DNA of 60,432 nucleotides, counting the filler, from Nitrospinae bacterium RIFCSPLOWO2_12_FULL_45_22 (GTDB lineage: Bacteria; 2-12-FULL-45-22): the NCBI GenBank assembly GCA_001803565.1. It is 5 parts of 5 records of this genome, joined end to end, with 100 filler letters (N's around TTAATTAATTAA, not from the genome) between each part and the next. Parts side by side here need not be neighbours in the genome. Positions count along the whole stretch, not along the records: positions 15,339 to 24,702 come from MHDQ01000153.1; positions 24,803 to 46,355 come from MHDQ01000154.1; 3 more parts are not named here. One strand, 5' to 3'. This document shows positions 17,885-26,793 of the stretch, one piece after another. Every line of letters begins with the position of its first letter. Position 1 is the stretch's first letter. The notes below the pieces were generated by a model that saw nothing but the letters and a program-made list of their open reading frames with translations, searched no databases and had not been told where the DNA came from. Position numbers and translations under genes: made by a program.

Positions 17885-18236
17885 TATATAACTTGACTTT
17901 GTCACATTATCTGAATCCATTGATAATCCTACCTTTAATTGTAGGCACGAATTTTAGTAACCGTTCACCGAGCATGGTCATATAAACTTAAGGGGGTATT
18001 TACTTGACTCAGGTTAAAATTATAACCCATTGTTATCATTGATATTTTATCAGCCATAGTTTTTGTGCTTTGTATCGGATAAATCCTTTATTTTCAAGAA
18101 GTTATACCGTTTCTGTAAGATATTTACCTGAGTCAAGTGAATACCCGCCTAAACTTATTTGTGTCAGCTATTTAAAGCACGGATAAATCCGTGCCTACAA
18201 AAAAGGAATTTGAATGTGACAAAGTCAAGCTATATA
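17885..18236. mobile_element. Three nested inverted-repeat elements
   Basis: Outer IR 17885-17908/18213-18236 (23/24). Middle GTAG-REP pair 17940-17954/18185-18199 (14/15). Inner element 17991-18149. Confidence 0.8.
17991..18149. mobile_element. 159-bp MITE with 24-bp IRs and an 8-bp target-site duplication
   Basis: AGGGGGTATTTACTTGACTCAGGT / ACCTGAGTCAAGTGAATACCCGCC (21/24), flanked by TAAACTTA at 17983-17990 and 18150-18157. Confidence 0.85.
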
Positions 18237-18455
18237 GGCTCTAAAAGATTTAAACAAGATTAAAAGCATTCTAGGTAATATGAAAAAAGGAAAAAAGCAA
18301 GAAAATAAGCCCGCGGAGACTTATTATGAAAGTGCCTGCAATATAGGTAGCTCGATTTGGGGTACTATTTCAAAAATTGCAAATACTGTTTTATGTTTAA
18401 AACTGGGGTGCACCCCCAAAAGGTTATACAGAATGTCTAATGGGTAAATGATGTT

Positions 18456-18914
18456 ATGAAAAAGAAGGTTAGGGTATATCTGGATACTTCAGTAATCTCA
18501 GCATTATTTGATGAGAGGAATCCGGAAAGAAAATCACTTACTGCAGCCTTTTTCAAGGATGTAGAAAACATTGAACTATACATTTCTGAGATCACGCTCG
18601 CTGAGATTGAACGAACTCCCAACCTAGAACTCCGAAACAAAATGCGAGAGACAATATCTCAATTTTCAGTGCTCTCGTTAACTGATGAGGTAGAACGATT
18701 AGCAAGCGAGTATGGTCGTTATACTGCGATCCCTGAAGGTTTTGCAGAAGATGCGTACCATATTGCTATTGCTGTGCTAAGCGGGATGGATTATCTTTTA
18801 AGTTGGAACTTCAGACATATTGTGAGGCGAAAAACAAAAGATGTGGTGAGGATGGTAAATACTTTAAATGGAGTTAGTCAAATAGAAATTATGACACCTG
18901 CGGAACTGTTATAG
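18456..18914 (+). CDS. PIN-domain protein (VapC-like)
   Basis: VYLDTSVIS, ISEITLAEI, DAYHIAIA, DYLLSWNFRHIV. Confidence 0.92.
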   Translation: MKKKVRVYLDTSVISALFDERNPERKSLTAAFFKDVENIELYISEITLAEIERTPNLELRNKMRETISQFSVLSLTDEVERLASEYGRYTAIPEGFAEDAYHIAIAVLSGMDYLLSWNFRHIVRRKTKDVVRMVNTLNGVSQIEIMTPAELL

Positions 18915-18918
18915 AGGT

Positions 18919-19116
18919 ATGAATATGAGCAAGGTCACAGAAGAAGAGATGGAAGAAATAAAAAAGATAGTGGAGGAAGCATTCCCGGATGACCCTGCCT
19001 TACAGCAGGTTCATATTGCAAGGAAAATCATAGCCAGAGAAGCGAAACTCCATGGATTAAGTTACCTTGAATATATCAAATCGGGGAAGAAACGAGCTGT
19101 ATTGCAAAATATCTAA
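18919..19116 (+). CDS. Small hypothetical protein, likely partner of the PIN protein
   Basis: GAGG RBS, 4 nt after the PIN stop; FPDDPALQQVHIARKII core. Confidence 0.65.
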   Translation: MNMSKVTEEEMEEIKKIVEEAFPDDPALQQVHIARKIIAREAKLHGLSYLEYIKSGKKRAVLQNI

Positions 19117-19179
19117 AAGACAAGACAATTGTTAGATTGCAGTAGATGAGGAGGCATATGTAATAGAAGGAGGTGGGGT

Positions 19180-19584
19180 ATGAGTCATTGGACGGTATGG
19201 TTTATCCGGATGTCTTTGATCTATTTTTTCCTGGCAACTTTATTGGGACTCCTTATGCTGCTCTGGCCTGGCCAGGGTTGGATCTATTTACCCAGCCATA
19301 CTCACCTGAATCTCCTGGGCTGGATGTGTATGATGATCTATGGTGTGGGTTACCATATCCTTCCCCGGTTCAGCGGGAAGCCTATATTCAGCGAAACCTT
19401 AATAGTAGTCCAGTTTTGGCTGGCTAACCTGGGGCTGGTAGGGATGAGTGTTTTCTGGGGCCTTTATCGCCTTAATGCCCAGGGGCTCTTCCAGGGTATG
19501 CTGCTACTGTCAGCTATTGCCGAGACCTTAGCCATATTTCTTTTTGTTTACAATATATTGCGGACGGTTAAGCCAGCGGGATAA
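19180..19584 (+). CDS. Small four-helix membrane protein, NnrS / heme-copper oxidase subunit I fragment-like
   Basis: Strong RBS; HTHLNLLGWM...YGVGYHILPRFSG motif; four hydrophobic segments. Confidence 0.7.
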   Translation: MSHWTVWFIRMSLIYFFLATLLGLLMLLWPGQGWIYLPSHTHLNLLGWMCMMIYGVGYHILPRFSGKPIFSETLIVVQFWLANLGLVGMSVFWGLYRLNAQGLFQGMLLLSAIAETLAIFLFVYNILRTVKPAG

Positions 19585-19653
19585 AAAATACTTTGTAAAC
19601 CAGCCAATTCGCGGTAAAATGCTATTAACCTTATAACTTTAAATTATTTTTAG

Positions 19654-19722
19654 GACGCAGATTACCGCAGATTCGTACAGATAAAAAGTAGAATCTGTGT
19701 CATCTGCGAAATCTGTGGTTCC
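19654..19722. repeat. Nonamer-periodic palindrome
   Basis: GACGCAGAT-TACCGCAGAT-TCGTACAGAT / ATCTGTGTC-ATCTGCGAA-ATCTGTGGT. Confidence 0.75.
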
Positions 19723-19751
19723 AAAAGGGAAATTATGGAGGAGAGGAAAAA

Positions 19752-21062
19752 ATGAGTCATAAAAAATACGAATCTAAACCTTTAGAGTGCTGGCAGAAAG
19801 TAAAAGAGTTAAGGCTCAATTTTTATAAGTCGGCCATGAAGGCCAAAGCAGAGGGCAAGATGTTCCATACTTCTTGCGGTGAATTTCCCCGGCCTATTGT
19901 CGCCGCTTTTGGCGATTTAGTGCATATCCAGGCAGAGCCTTATGGGGCCAGTTGTGGATTTAACCCCCAGTTTGCCGAGGCCTGTATAGAGGCATTCGAG
20001 GCCAGGGGTTTTGCCCGGGATGTGTGTGCTTATATGCGCAATCACCTGGGCTCCCTCTACCTGAATAAGTACCTTTTTGGCGGCGAGTTCCCTAAGCCAG
20101 ATTTTGTTGTTACCGGGCATGTATGCGATACCCATGGCAAGTGGGCCCAGTTAGTAGCTGAGCACTTTGGGGTCCCTTATTTCTGCCTCGATGGTACGGT
20201 CGGTTATACCGATGAAGGGTCAGTACAACGCCGGGTAGCATATGTTGTCTCCCAGACGCATGAGCTGATAGATTGGCTAGAGGGTGTTACTGGCCGCAAG
20301 TTTGATGAAGGAAGGTTTATGGAGGCAGTTAATAATAGTGCCCGCTGTATGTCTTTATGGGCAGAGATCTGCAACCTGAATAAGGCTATCCCGGCCCCGC
20401 TCGATCAGAAGTCCATGTTTACTCTATACACCATACCTCTATTAATGGCCCATGAGTCAAGGGCAGTAGCTTTTTATGAGACCTGCCGGGATGAGATAAA
20501 ATGGCGGGTTGAGAACCAGATCGCTGCGGTACCGACCGAGCGCTGCCGCCTGTTCCACGACAGTCAACCGCCCTGGAATTTCCTGAAAATCTTTCGCTAT
20601 TTGGAAAAATATGGCGCCGTATGCATTGGTGGCCACTATGGCTTCTTTCTTACTTCTGCCTGGGAGGAACAAGAAGATGGGACGTTGGGCCCCGCCAGGA
20701 CCCCTGGGGAGATGGGCGTTCCTATGAGGAATAAAGATGAGATGATCCAGGCCTATGCTGAGTGGCAGATTCGCTACTGGCCTATATTTGAATGCATGAC
20801 CCATCCCAAGATGAAAAACCAGCAGTTGTTAAGGATGATGAAGGAATGGCATGCGGATGGCATGATCATGCATCTGAACCGGGGTTGTGAAGGGATGGCC
20901 TTTGGCCAGATGGAGAACCGTCTGGCCTTGCTCAAGGCGGGATATCCGGTAGTAACTTATGAAGGCAATATGGCTGATCCCAGGGAGTTTGATGAAGTTC
21001 AAGCCCTGGATAGGATAGAAGCCTTTCTGCAAAGCCTGGGGCTGCAAAAATTGGAAGATTAG
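19752..21062 (+). CDS. bzdO: Benzoyl-CoA reductase Bzd-type subunit O-like (2-hydroxyacyl-CoA dehydratase family)
   Basis: KY..KPL.CW.K.KELR, EPYGAS, RDVCAYMRN, CDTHGKW, MHLNRGCEG, YEGNMAD.REFD. Confidence 0.8.
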   Translation: MSHKKYESKPLECWQKVKELRLNFYKSAMKAKAEGKMFHTSCGEFPRPIVAAFGDLVHIQAEPYGASCGFNPQFAEACIEAFEARGFARDVCAYMRNHLGSLYLNKYLFGGEFPKPDFVVTGHVCDTHGKWAQLVAEHFGVPYFCLDGTVGYTDEGSVQRRVAYVVSQTHELIDWLEGVTGRKFDEGRFMEAVNNSARCMSLWAEICNLNKAIPAPLDQKSMFTLYTIPLLMAHESRAVAFYETCRDEIKWRVENQIAAVPTERCRLFHDSQPPWNFLKIFRYLEKYGAVCIGGHYGFFLTSAWEEQEDGTLGPARTPGEMGVPMRNKDEMIQAYAEWQIRYWPIFECMTHPKMKNQQLLRMMKEWHADGMIMHLNRGCEGMAFGQMENRLALLKAGYPVVTYEGNMADPREFDEVQALDRIEAFLQSLGLQKLED

Positions 21063-21117
21063 CATTCAGATGGTTTTGGCTGGTTATGCTGAAAACTGAC
21101 TGCTGACAACTGAAAGC

Positions 21118-22053
21118 TTACTTAAGGGCTTCCCAGAGGGCCTCGACAGCCGTGTAAGGGTCTAATTCTCTACTCTCTATCTTCTCCAATAATTGAGCAA
21201 AGCGGGCATCGTTTAGCAAGCCGTCCCAGATGCGTTTTTCTAGCTTTTCGGCAATTATATTATGGATTTCTCCCTTTATCTGGGCTATGTGCCGTTCCTT
21301 TAGGCGGCTGTCCTGGGAGAGGAATTTTTTGTGTCCCTGGATCCTGTCCCATAATTCCTCTATCCCCTCCCCGTTGCTGGCAATGGTCTTGACAATCGGG
21401 GGTGTCCAATCCCTGGTTTGGGTGCCTAGCATAAGCATAGTCTCTAGTTCAACAACGGTCTTGTCCGCCCCTTCCTGATCCGCCTTATTGACCACAAATA
21501 TATCCCCAATCTCCATTATCCCAGCCTTCATAACCTGAATAGTATCACCCGTACTGGGCATGGTGACCAGTACGGTAGTATCAGCCGCCTGAGCAATAGA
21601 TATCTCACTCTGGCCCACACCAACCGTTTCTATCAGAATGATTTCATAACCAAAGGCATCCAATAGCAAGGCGGTATCTTGAGTAGCAAAGGCTAATCCT
21701 CCTAAATGCCCCCGGCAGGCCATACTCCTGATAAAAACCCCTGGATCAGTAGCATGGCTCTGCATTCGTATCCGGTCTCCTAATAAGGCGCCACCAGAAA
21801 AAGGACTACTGGGGTCCACCGCAATAACCCCTATTTTAATATCCTTTTTGCGCAATGAGGCGATAATCTTATCTACTAAGCTACTCTTGCCCACGCCTGG
21901 GGCGCCTGTTATACCAATAACATGGGCTTTACCGGTATGGGGATATAAGCGAGCCATGATATTAGATATTTCAGGCGAACGATTCTCTACCAGGGTAATG
22001 AGTTTAGCCAGTGCTAGCCGGTCACCCTTCAGCATCCTCTCTACCAATTCCAT
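21118..22053 (-). CDS. meaB: Methylmalonyl-CoA mutase-associated GTPase MeaB/ArgK
   Basis: GITGAPGVGKS, AVDPSSPFSGGALLGDRIRM, ETVGVGQSE, VVNKAD. Confidence 0.95.
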   Translation of the reverse strand: MELVERMLKGDRLALAKLITLVENRSPEISNIMARLYPHTGKAHVIGITGAPGVGKSSLVDKIIASLRKKDIKIGVIAVDPSSPFSGGALLGDRIRMQSHATDPGVFIRSMACRGHLGGLAFATQDTALLLDAFGYEIILIETVGVGQSEISIAQAADTTVLVTMPSTGDTIQVMKAGIMEIGDIFVVNKADQEGADKTVVELETMLMLGTQTRDWTPPIVKTIASNGEGIEELWDRIQGHKKFLSQDSRLKERHIAQIKGEIHNIIAEKLEKRIWDGLLNDARFAQLLEKIESRELDPYTAVEALWEALK

Positions 22054-22151
22054 ATTGCCAGCTCCTCTATTGCAAACTAGGGTGGGAAAGATATTTGAAC
22101 CATTACTGATTATATCTTTATCCTAACAATTTATCAAGCTGAAGTCAAACA

Positions 22152-22233
22152 GTAGCCGCAGGCTTTAGCCTGCGTAAATACGCAACCTAAAGGCTTCGCC
22201 CTTGATGGCTCAAGCCCGAAGGATTGCGGCTAC
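22152..22233. repeat. GTAG-type REP doublet whose second unit is interrupted by a hairpin insertion
   Basis: GTAGCCGCAGGCTTTAGCCTGCG ... CGCAACCTAAAGG[CTTCGCCCTTGATGGCTCAAGCCCGAAGGA]TTGCGGCTAC. Confidence 0.7.
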
Positions 22234-22445
22234 CCCACATAACTGAGGCATTACGTGAAAGAATGGATTAATTTTCATTTGAAAAAGTTCAATTTTTTTG
22301 TTAAGTTAGATGCAGATGTTCCATAAATAGGAACCACAGGGTATACTGATTCCATTAGTAAGGATAGAGGAGCCTCTATCCGCTAAGAAAGTCCGGGCTA
22401 TCTGTGAAATCTGTGGTTCCATTAGAAGTAGTTCGAGGCGATATT

Positions 22446-23444
22446 ATGCAGCTCCCCAAATTCCAATTGCTCCAACCCAGCTCCCTGGCAGAGGCTATTG
22501 ACCTCCTTAGCCAGCACAAAGGCGAAGCCCAATTACTTGCAGGCGGTACAGACCTCTTGCCGGCTATGAAATTGCGGGTAAGGACCCCGGTCTATCTGGT
22601 AAGCCTCAAAGGAATCCCGCGGTTGGATTATATTGAATACGGGCAAGACAAAGGATGGATAAAGATCGGTCCATTAACAACCCTCAAGGCCCTACAATCT
22701 TCCCCCTTAATCCAGGAAAAGCTACCGGTGCTTGCCCGCACAGTGGGCCTGGTAGGGGCCAGGCAAATACAGAATATGGCTACTATCGGGGGTAATATCT
22801 GCCTGGATACCCGTTGCTGGTACTATAATCAGTCCCATTTCTGGCGCTCGTGCCGATTGCCCTGCTACAAAGCCGGTGGTGAGCTCTGTCATGCTATCCA
22901 GGCCGTGGGCCATTGCCATGCCGTCTATTCCGGCGATTTAGCCCCATGCCTGATCGCATTAGCCGCCCAGGTAAAGATCAAAGATCGCCAGGGGGAAAAG
23001 ATTATACCATTAGAAGAGCTGTATACTGGCAAGGGCAACTGTCCGCTAAATTTAGCCGCCGATGAGATAATAGCTGAGATTCTCATTCCTCTTCCTTCTA
23101 ATTATACCGCTAGCGCCTATCAGAAACTCCGCGACCGGGAGGCCATAGACTTCCCCCTGGCTGGTGTAGCAGTCTGTGTGAGCTTAGACCAGAAAGATGG
23201 TATCTGCACTAATATCCGCATAGTGCTCAATGCCGTCGGCTCGGCCCCCCGGCGGGCAACAAAAGCCGAAGAGCTCCTGACGGGGAAGGTTATTGATGAA
23301 GCGGTGATAGAAGAGGCCGGCAAAGAGTGTTTCCGGCAAGCCCACCCGGTCCCCAATACCCCCAACTCGCCGGCTTACCGGAAAAAGGCCGTGCCGGTAC
23401 TATTACGCCGGGCTATCCAGGGAGCCCTTAGCCAAATTCATTAA
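22446..23444 (+). CDS. FAD-binding subunit of the xanthine dehydrogenase family with a [4Fe-4S] insert (4-hydroxybenzoyl-CoA reductase HcrB-like)
   Basis: LAGGTDL, QIQNMATIGGN, Cys insert RCWYYNQSHFWR...CYK.GG..CH......C, R.AIDFP. ATG at 22446 follows GAGG. Confidence 0.85.
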   Translation: MQLPKFQLLQPSSLAEAIDLLSQHKGEAQLLAGGTDLLPAMKLRVRTPVYLVSLKGIPRLDYIEYGQDKGWIKIGPLTTLKALQSSPLIQEKLPVLARTVGLVGARQIQNMATIGGNICLDTRCWYYNQSHFWRSCRLPCYKAGGELCHAIQAVGHCHAVYSGDLAPCLIALAAQVKIKDRQGEKIIPLEELYTGKGNCPLNLAADEIIAEILIPLPSNYTASAYQKLRDREAIDFPLAGVAVCVSLDQKDGICTNIRIVLNAVGSAPRRATKAEELLTGKVIDEAVIEEAGKECFRQAHPVPNTPNSPAYRKKAVPVLLRRAIQGALSQIH

Positions 23445-23493
23445 ACTTTTCCTAACCGGGCAAGGGGTCTCCAAACAGGGATAAGGTCAAGAG

Positions 23494-23613
23494 ATGATAA
23501 AAAATCCAGCCCTATTTCAAAAATTTGAAGATCGCTTTATCAGAGATGAAGGGAAGCTCTCATTTGAGCAGTCCATTAAGCTTTTCACATCAATGTGGAA
23601 TGAGGGAGATTGA
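23494..23613 (+). pseudogene. Truncated small gene remnant
   Basis: MIKNPALFQKFEDRFIRDEGKLSFEQSIKLFTSMWNEGD*. Resembles, from memory, the N-half of small proteins found next to nucleotidyltransferase genes. Confidence 0.35.
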
Positions 23614-23668
23614 GAAGACGGAGATTTGGATAACCACGAAAAATCTTCTAATGGTGTAAATTTAAATA

Positions 23669-23696
23669 AATGTAAGATATATTGTATAATGTAAGA
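23669..23696 (+). promoter_or_regulatory. TATAAT -10 box with AATGTAAGA direct repeats (putative antitoxin operator)
   Basis: AATGTAAGA at 23669-23677 and 23688-23696; TATAAT at 23685-23690. Confidence 0.45.
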
Positions 23697-23719
23697 AAAT
23701 CTAAAAAGAGGAGGATAAT

Positions 23720-23977
23720 ATGCCTATTGCAATACTAACATCAAAGGGGCAGATGACGATACCAAAAGAGGTGAGAAAGGCATTAAACCTAAAACCATCG
23801 GAAAAGGTTATTATAATCGTAGAGGGTAATCAGGCTGTAATTAAACCTCTTAGGGGTAATATCCTCGATATTGGAGGCTCGGTAAGAATACCGGATAAGG
23901 AAAAACCTGTAGATTTTCATAAGGTCAGGGATGAAGTTAAAAAAAGAATTGCTAAAAAAGCAGCAACCGGTGAATAG
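23720..23977 (+). CDS. AbrB/MazE-family antitoxin
   Basis: LTSKGQMTIPKEVRKALNLKP; GAGGAGG RBS. Confidence 0.93.
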   Translation: MPIAILTSKGQMTIPKEVRKALNLKPSEKVIIIVEGNQAVIKPLRGNILDIGGSVRIPDKEKPVDFHKVRDEVKKRIAKKAATGE

Positions 23978-23980
23978 GCT

Positions 23981-24388
23981 ATGAGGAAAAAGTTTATTGA
24001 TACAAATATATTCCTCAGGTATCTGACCAAAGATGATCCTTCAACGTATGATAAGTGCAGAGAAATCTTTAAGAAAGGAATAGATGGCAAAATAGCCCTC
24101 GCAACATCCGGAATGGTAATTGCTGAATTGATATGGACGCTTTTATCTTACTACAGGGTTCCGAAAGCCAATGCTATTGAAAAGGTTTCTATTATAGTCA
24201 CCACTGAGAGCCTACATATCCCTGAAAAAGATATTATCGCTGAGGCCCTTGTCCTCTACAGTAGAAAAAATGTCGATTACATTGACGCCTATAACGCTGT
24301 TTTCATGAAATATCATGGTGTTGATGAAATCTATTCATACGATAGAGCTTTTGATGCGATTGAAGGTATCAAGAGAGTGGAGCCATAA
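23981..24388 (+). CDS. VapC-family PIN toxin
   Basis: FIDTNIFLRYL, VIAELIW, DYIDAY, IYSYDRAFD. Confidence 0.93.
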   Translation: MRKKFIDTNIFLRYLTKDDPSTYDKCREIFKKGIDGKIALATSGMVIAELIWTLLSYYRVPKANAIEKVSIIVTTESLHIPEKDIIAEALVLYSRKNVDYIDAYNAVFMKYHGVDEIYSYDRAFDAIEGIKRVEP

Positions 24389-24542
24389 TGAGATTCAAGA
24401 GTTGAGGGATAGCCAACACTGATAACTGAAACGGATACTGATATTTACACTGGACTTACTCGATTGATCTTGGCAAGATACGCTTTGTAACCTCGGTCAT
24501 GATGGAATGAAATGCCATCAAAGAGAATATATTAGAAAAAGG

Positions 24543-24702
24543 ATGAAAACACCTCATACGGATACCCATCCTAATGCTGAACGCCTTCATATGGAAATGA
24601 TTCGTAAAGCACCTCTGTCCCGACGATTACAGATGGTGGCCTCATTAGTTAAGACCACCTACCAACTGTCCTGGATGGGGCTTTGCGAGCGTTATCCAAA
24701 TG
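24543..24702 (+). CDS. Small hypothetical protein, cut by the contig edge
   Basis: MKTPHTDTHPNAERLHMEMIRKAPLSRRL...; the frame stays open up to the linker. Confidence 0.5.
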
Positions 24703-24802
24703 NNNNNNNNNNNNNNNNNNNNNNNNNNNNNNNNNNNNNNNNNNNNTTAATTAATTAANNNNNNNNNNNNNNNNNNNNNNNNNNNNNNNNNNNNNNNNNN
24801 NN
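24703..24802. other. Artificial contig linker
   Basis: N44-TTAATTAATTAA-N44. Confidence 0.99.
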
Positions 24803-25005
24803 TATATCTAGCAATTTCTACTCGACTTAAACATACCCTTACCAGATAAGCATTTCAGGAGAAAATATAGTAGTTAAAATAGTAGTTACTCTATTGAAAA
24901 AATGGGAAGAAATGAGAGGAAATGAGAGAAGGCAAAAATTAGCCTTTTAGCCAATAAAATAAGGGGTCTAGCCTATCCAACAAGGGCTTAGCCAAACCCC
25001 TATTG

Positions 25006-25055
25006 AACGGACTGAAAATCCGTGTGTCCGCAGTTCGATTCTGCGTCCCGGCACC
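25006..25055 (+). mobile_element. 3' two-thirds of tRNA-Phe(GAA): att-site duplication of an integrated element
   Basis: Anticodon arm ACGGA-CTGAAAA-TCCGT, T arm CGCAG-TTCGATT-CTGCG, 3' acceptor strand TCCCGGC-ACC. No D arm or 5' acceptor strand upstream. Confidence 0.88.
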
Positions 25056-25174
25056 TTGGTCATCAAGCCCTCGCAAGAAATGCCAAAACCTTCCTCTCCG
25101 GCTGAGTAGTTAAAGGAGAGAATATTTTTCTCTCTGATAGGCAAATCCTGCCCTTTGTCTCCTAACAAAAACCC

Positions 25175-25198
25175 NNNNNNNNNNNNNNNNNNNNNNNN
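25175..25198. other. 24-nt scaffold gap
   Basis: Run of N without the linker motif. Confidence 0.95.
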
Positions 25199-25270
25199 CC
25201 CTGCTAAAAACCATTTCCTCCCTTCCACAAATCCTTTATCAGTGAATTTAAAGCTGGTCTAATTAGCTAT

Positions 25271-25287
25271 CTGGCATAAAATTTGCT
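25271..25287 (+). promoter_or_regulatory. sigma54 (-24/-12) promoter upstream of the glycosylation cluster
   Basis: CTGGCATAAAATTTGCT with exact GG-N10-GC spacing. Confidence 0.75.
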
Positions 25288-25406
25288 CCCTCACTGAAAC
25301 CAGGGATAATAAAAACACCTCTTCCGCCAATACTATAGTGAACAGCAAAATTTAGTATATTGGCTACAGATGAACACGGATAGGAAGCGAGTAATCAGGA
25401 GAGAGC

Positions 25407-26702
25407 ATGATGGATATAGCTATTATTGGCTCTGGCTATGTAGGGTTGGTTACTGGGGCCTGCCTGGCGGATCTCGGCAACTATGTGATCTGTGTGGACA
25501 ATGACCAGAGCAAAGTAGAGATGCTTAGGAGCGGTATTGTACCTATATATGAACCAGGCCTGGAAGAGCTGCTAGCAGTAAATATCAAGGAGGGGCGTCT
25601 CTGCTTCAGTGATAGTATCCAGGCTGGGGTAGAGAATTCTGAAATCATATTCATAGCTGTAGGTACGCCCCCTAAAAGCAATGGTGAGGCAGACCTCTCT
25701 GCTATCGAAAAGGTATCCAGAGAAGTGGCCCAGAACATGGCCAGTTACCGTTTAATAGTGGAGAAGAGCACTGTACCGGTAAAGACCGGAGAATGGGTAG
25801 CCCGTACTATCACGGAAAACAATATACACCGGGCAGATTTTGATGTGGCCTCTAACCCAGAGTTCCTTAGGGAAGGGTCTGCCCTAGAAGACTTTATGAA
25901 CCCGGACCGGATTATATTGGGAGTATCCAGTGATCGGGCCGCCAATCTATTGGTTAAGTTATATGAACCCCTCAATGCCCCTATCTTGATAACGGATATA
26001 AACAGTGCTGAACTGATAAAACATGCCTCCAATGCCTTTTTGGCCATGAAGATATCTTTTGTCAATTCGGTAGCTAATATCTGCGAGAAAACCGGGGCAG
26101 ATATCCACAAGGTAGCTAAAGGTATAGGTCTGGACAAGAGGATTGGTGAGGCATTTCTCCAGGCAGGGATCGGCTATGGGGGCTCTTGCTTTCCTAAAGA
26201 TGTCCTGGCCTTCATTCATCTGGCCGAAAGGATTGGTTATGACTTCAAGCTGTTAAAGGCAGTGAAAGAAGTCAACGATTACCAAAAGGGAAAGGTTGTT
26301 ACTAAACTTAAGGAGATTAACGGTAACTTGAGAGGCAAGGTCGTTGGTATCCTTGGCCTGGCCTTTAAACCCAATACAGACGATATGCGTGGGGCACCAT
26401 CCCTGGATATAATCACTCTACTGAAGCAAGAAGGGGTCGTAGTTAAGGCTTATGACCCAGTAGCAGAAGCGGTGGCCAGAAGACTGATCCCGGATATTAT
26501 CTATTGCTCCAATCCCTATGAGGCCGCAGATGGTGCTGATGCCCTGGTAGTAGTGACCGAGTGGAAGGAATTCAAGAGACTGGATCTCTTGAAAATCAAA
26601 TCCCTTATGAAATCGCCAGTAATAATAGATGGAAGAAATATCTATGATCCCGCAAAGATGAGGGCCCTAGGATTTGTTTATCGAGGAATAGGCCGGTGCT
26701 AA
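25407..26702 (+). CDS. ugd: UDP-glucose 6-dehydrogenase
   Basis: IGSGYVGL, VEKSTVP, SNPEFLREG, GYGGSCFPKD, GLAFKPNTDD.R. Confidence 0.95.
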   Translation: MMDIAIIGSGYVGLVTGACLADLGNYVICVDNDQSKVEMLRSGIVPIYEPGLEELLAVNIKEGRLCFSDSIQAGVENSEIIFIAVGTPPKSNGEADLSAIEKVSREVAQNMASYRLIVEKSTVPVKTGEWVARTITENNIHRADFDVASNPEFLREGSALEDFMNPDRIILGVSSDRAANLLVKLYEPLNAPILITDINSAELIKHASNAFLAMKISFVNSVANICEKTGADIHKVAKGIGLDKRIGEAFLQAGIGYGGSCFPKDVLAFIHLAERIGYDFKLLKAVKEVNDYQKGKVVTKLKEINGNLRGKVVGILGLAFKPNTDDMRGAPSLDIITLLKQEGVVVKAYDPVAEAVARRLIPDIIYCSNPYEAADGADALVVVTEWKEFKRLDLLKIKSLMKSPVIIDGRNIYDPAKMRALGFVYRGIGRC

Positions 26703-26793
26703 GGGGATAAAGGATGCTGAATAACAGCAATCCGGTCATTATAGTAAATAATGATGAATTTTCTATGTACTGGCAAGATTAAGGGGTAAATCA

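Noticed and set aside
17615-17920. 101-aa minus-strand ORF, and a TTAGTGCTC that resembles a CIRCE half-site
   Set aside because: AT-rich repeat-containing intergenic DNA; no matching second half-site at the 9-nt spacing.
25006-25055. Functional tRNA-Phe gene
   Set aside because: The 5' acceptor strand and D arm are missing; treated as an att-site fragment.
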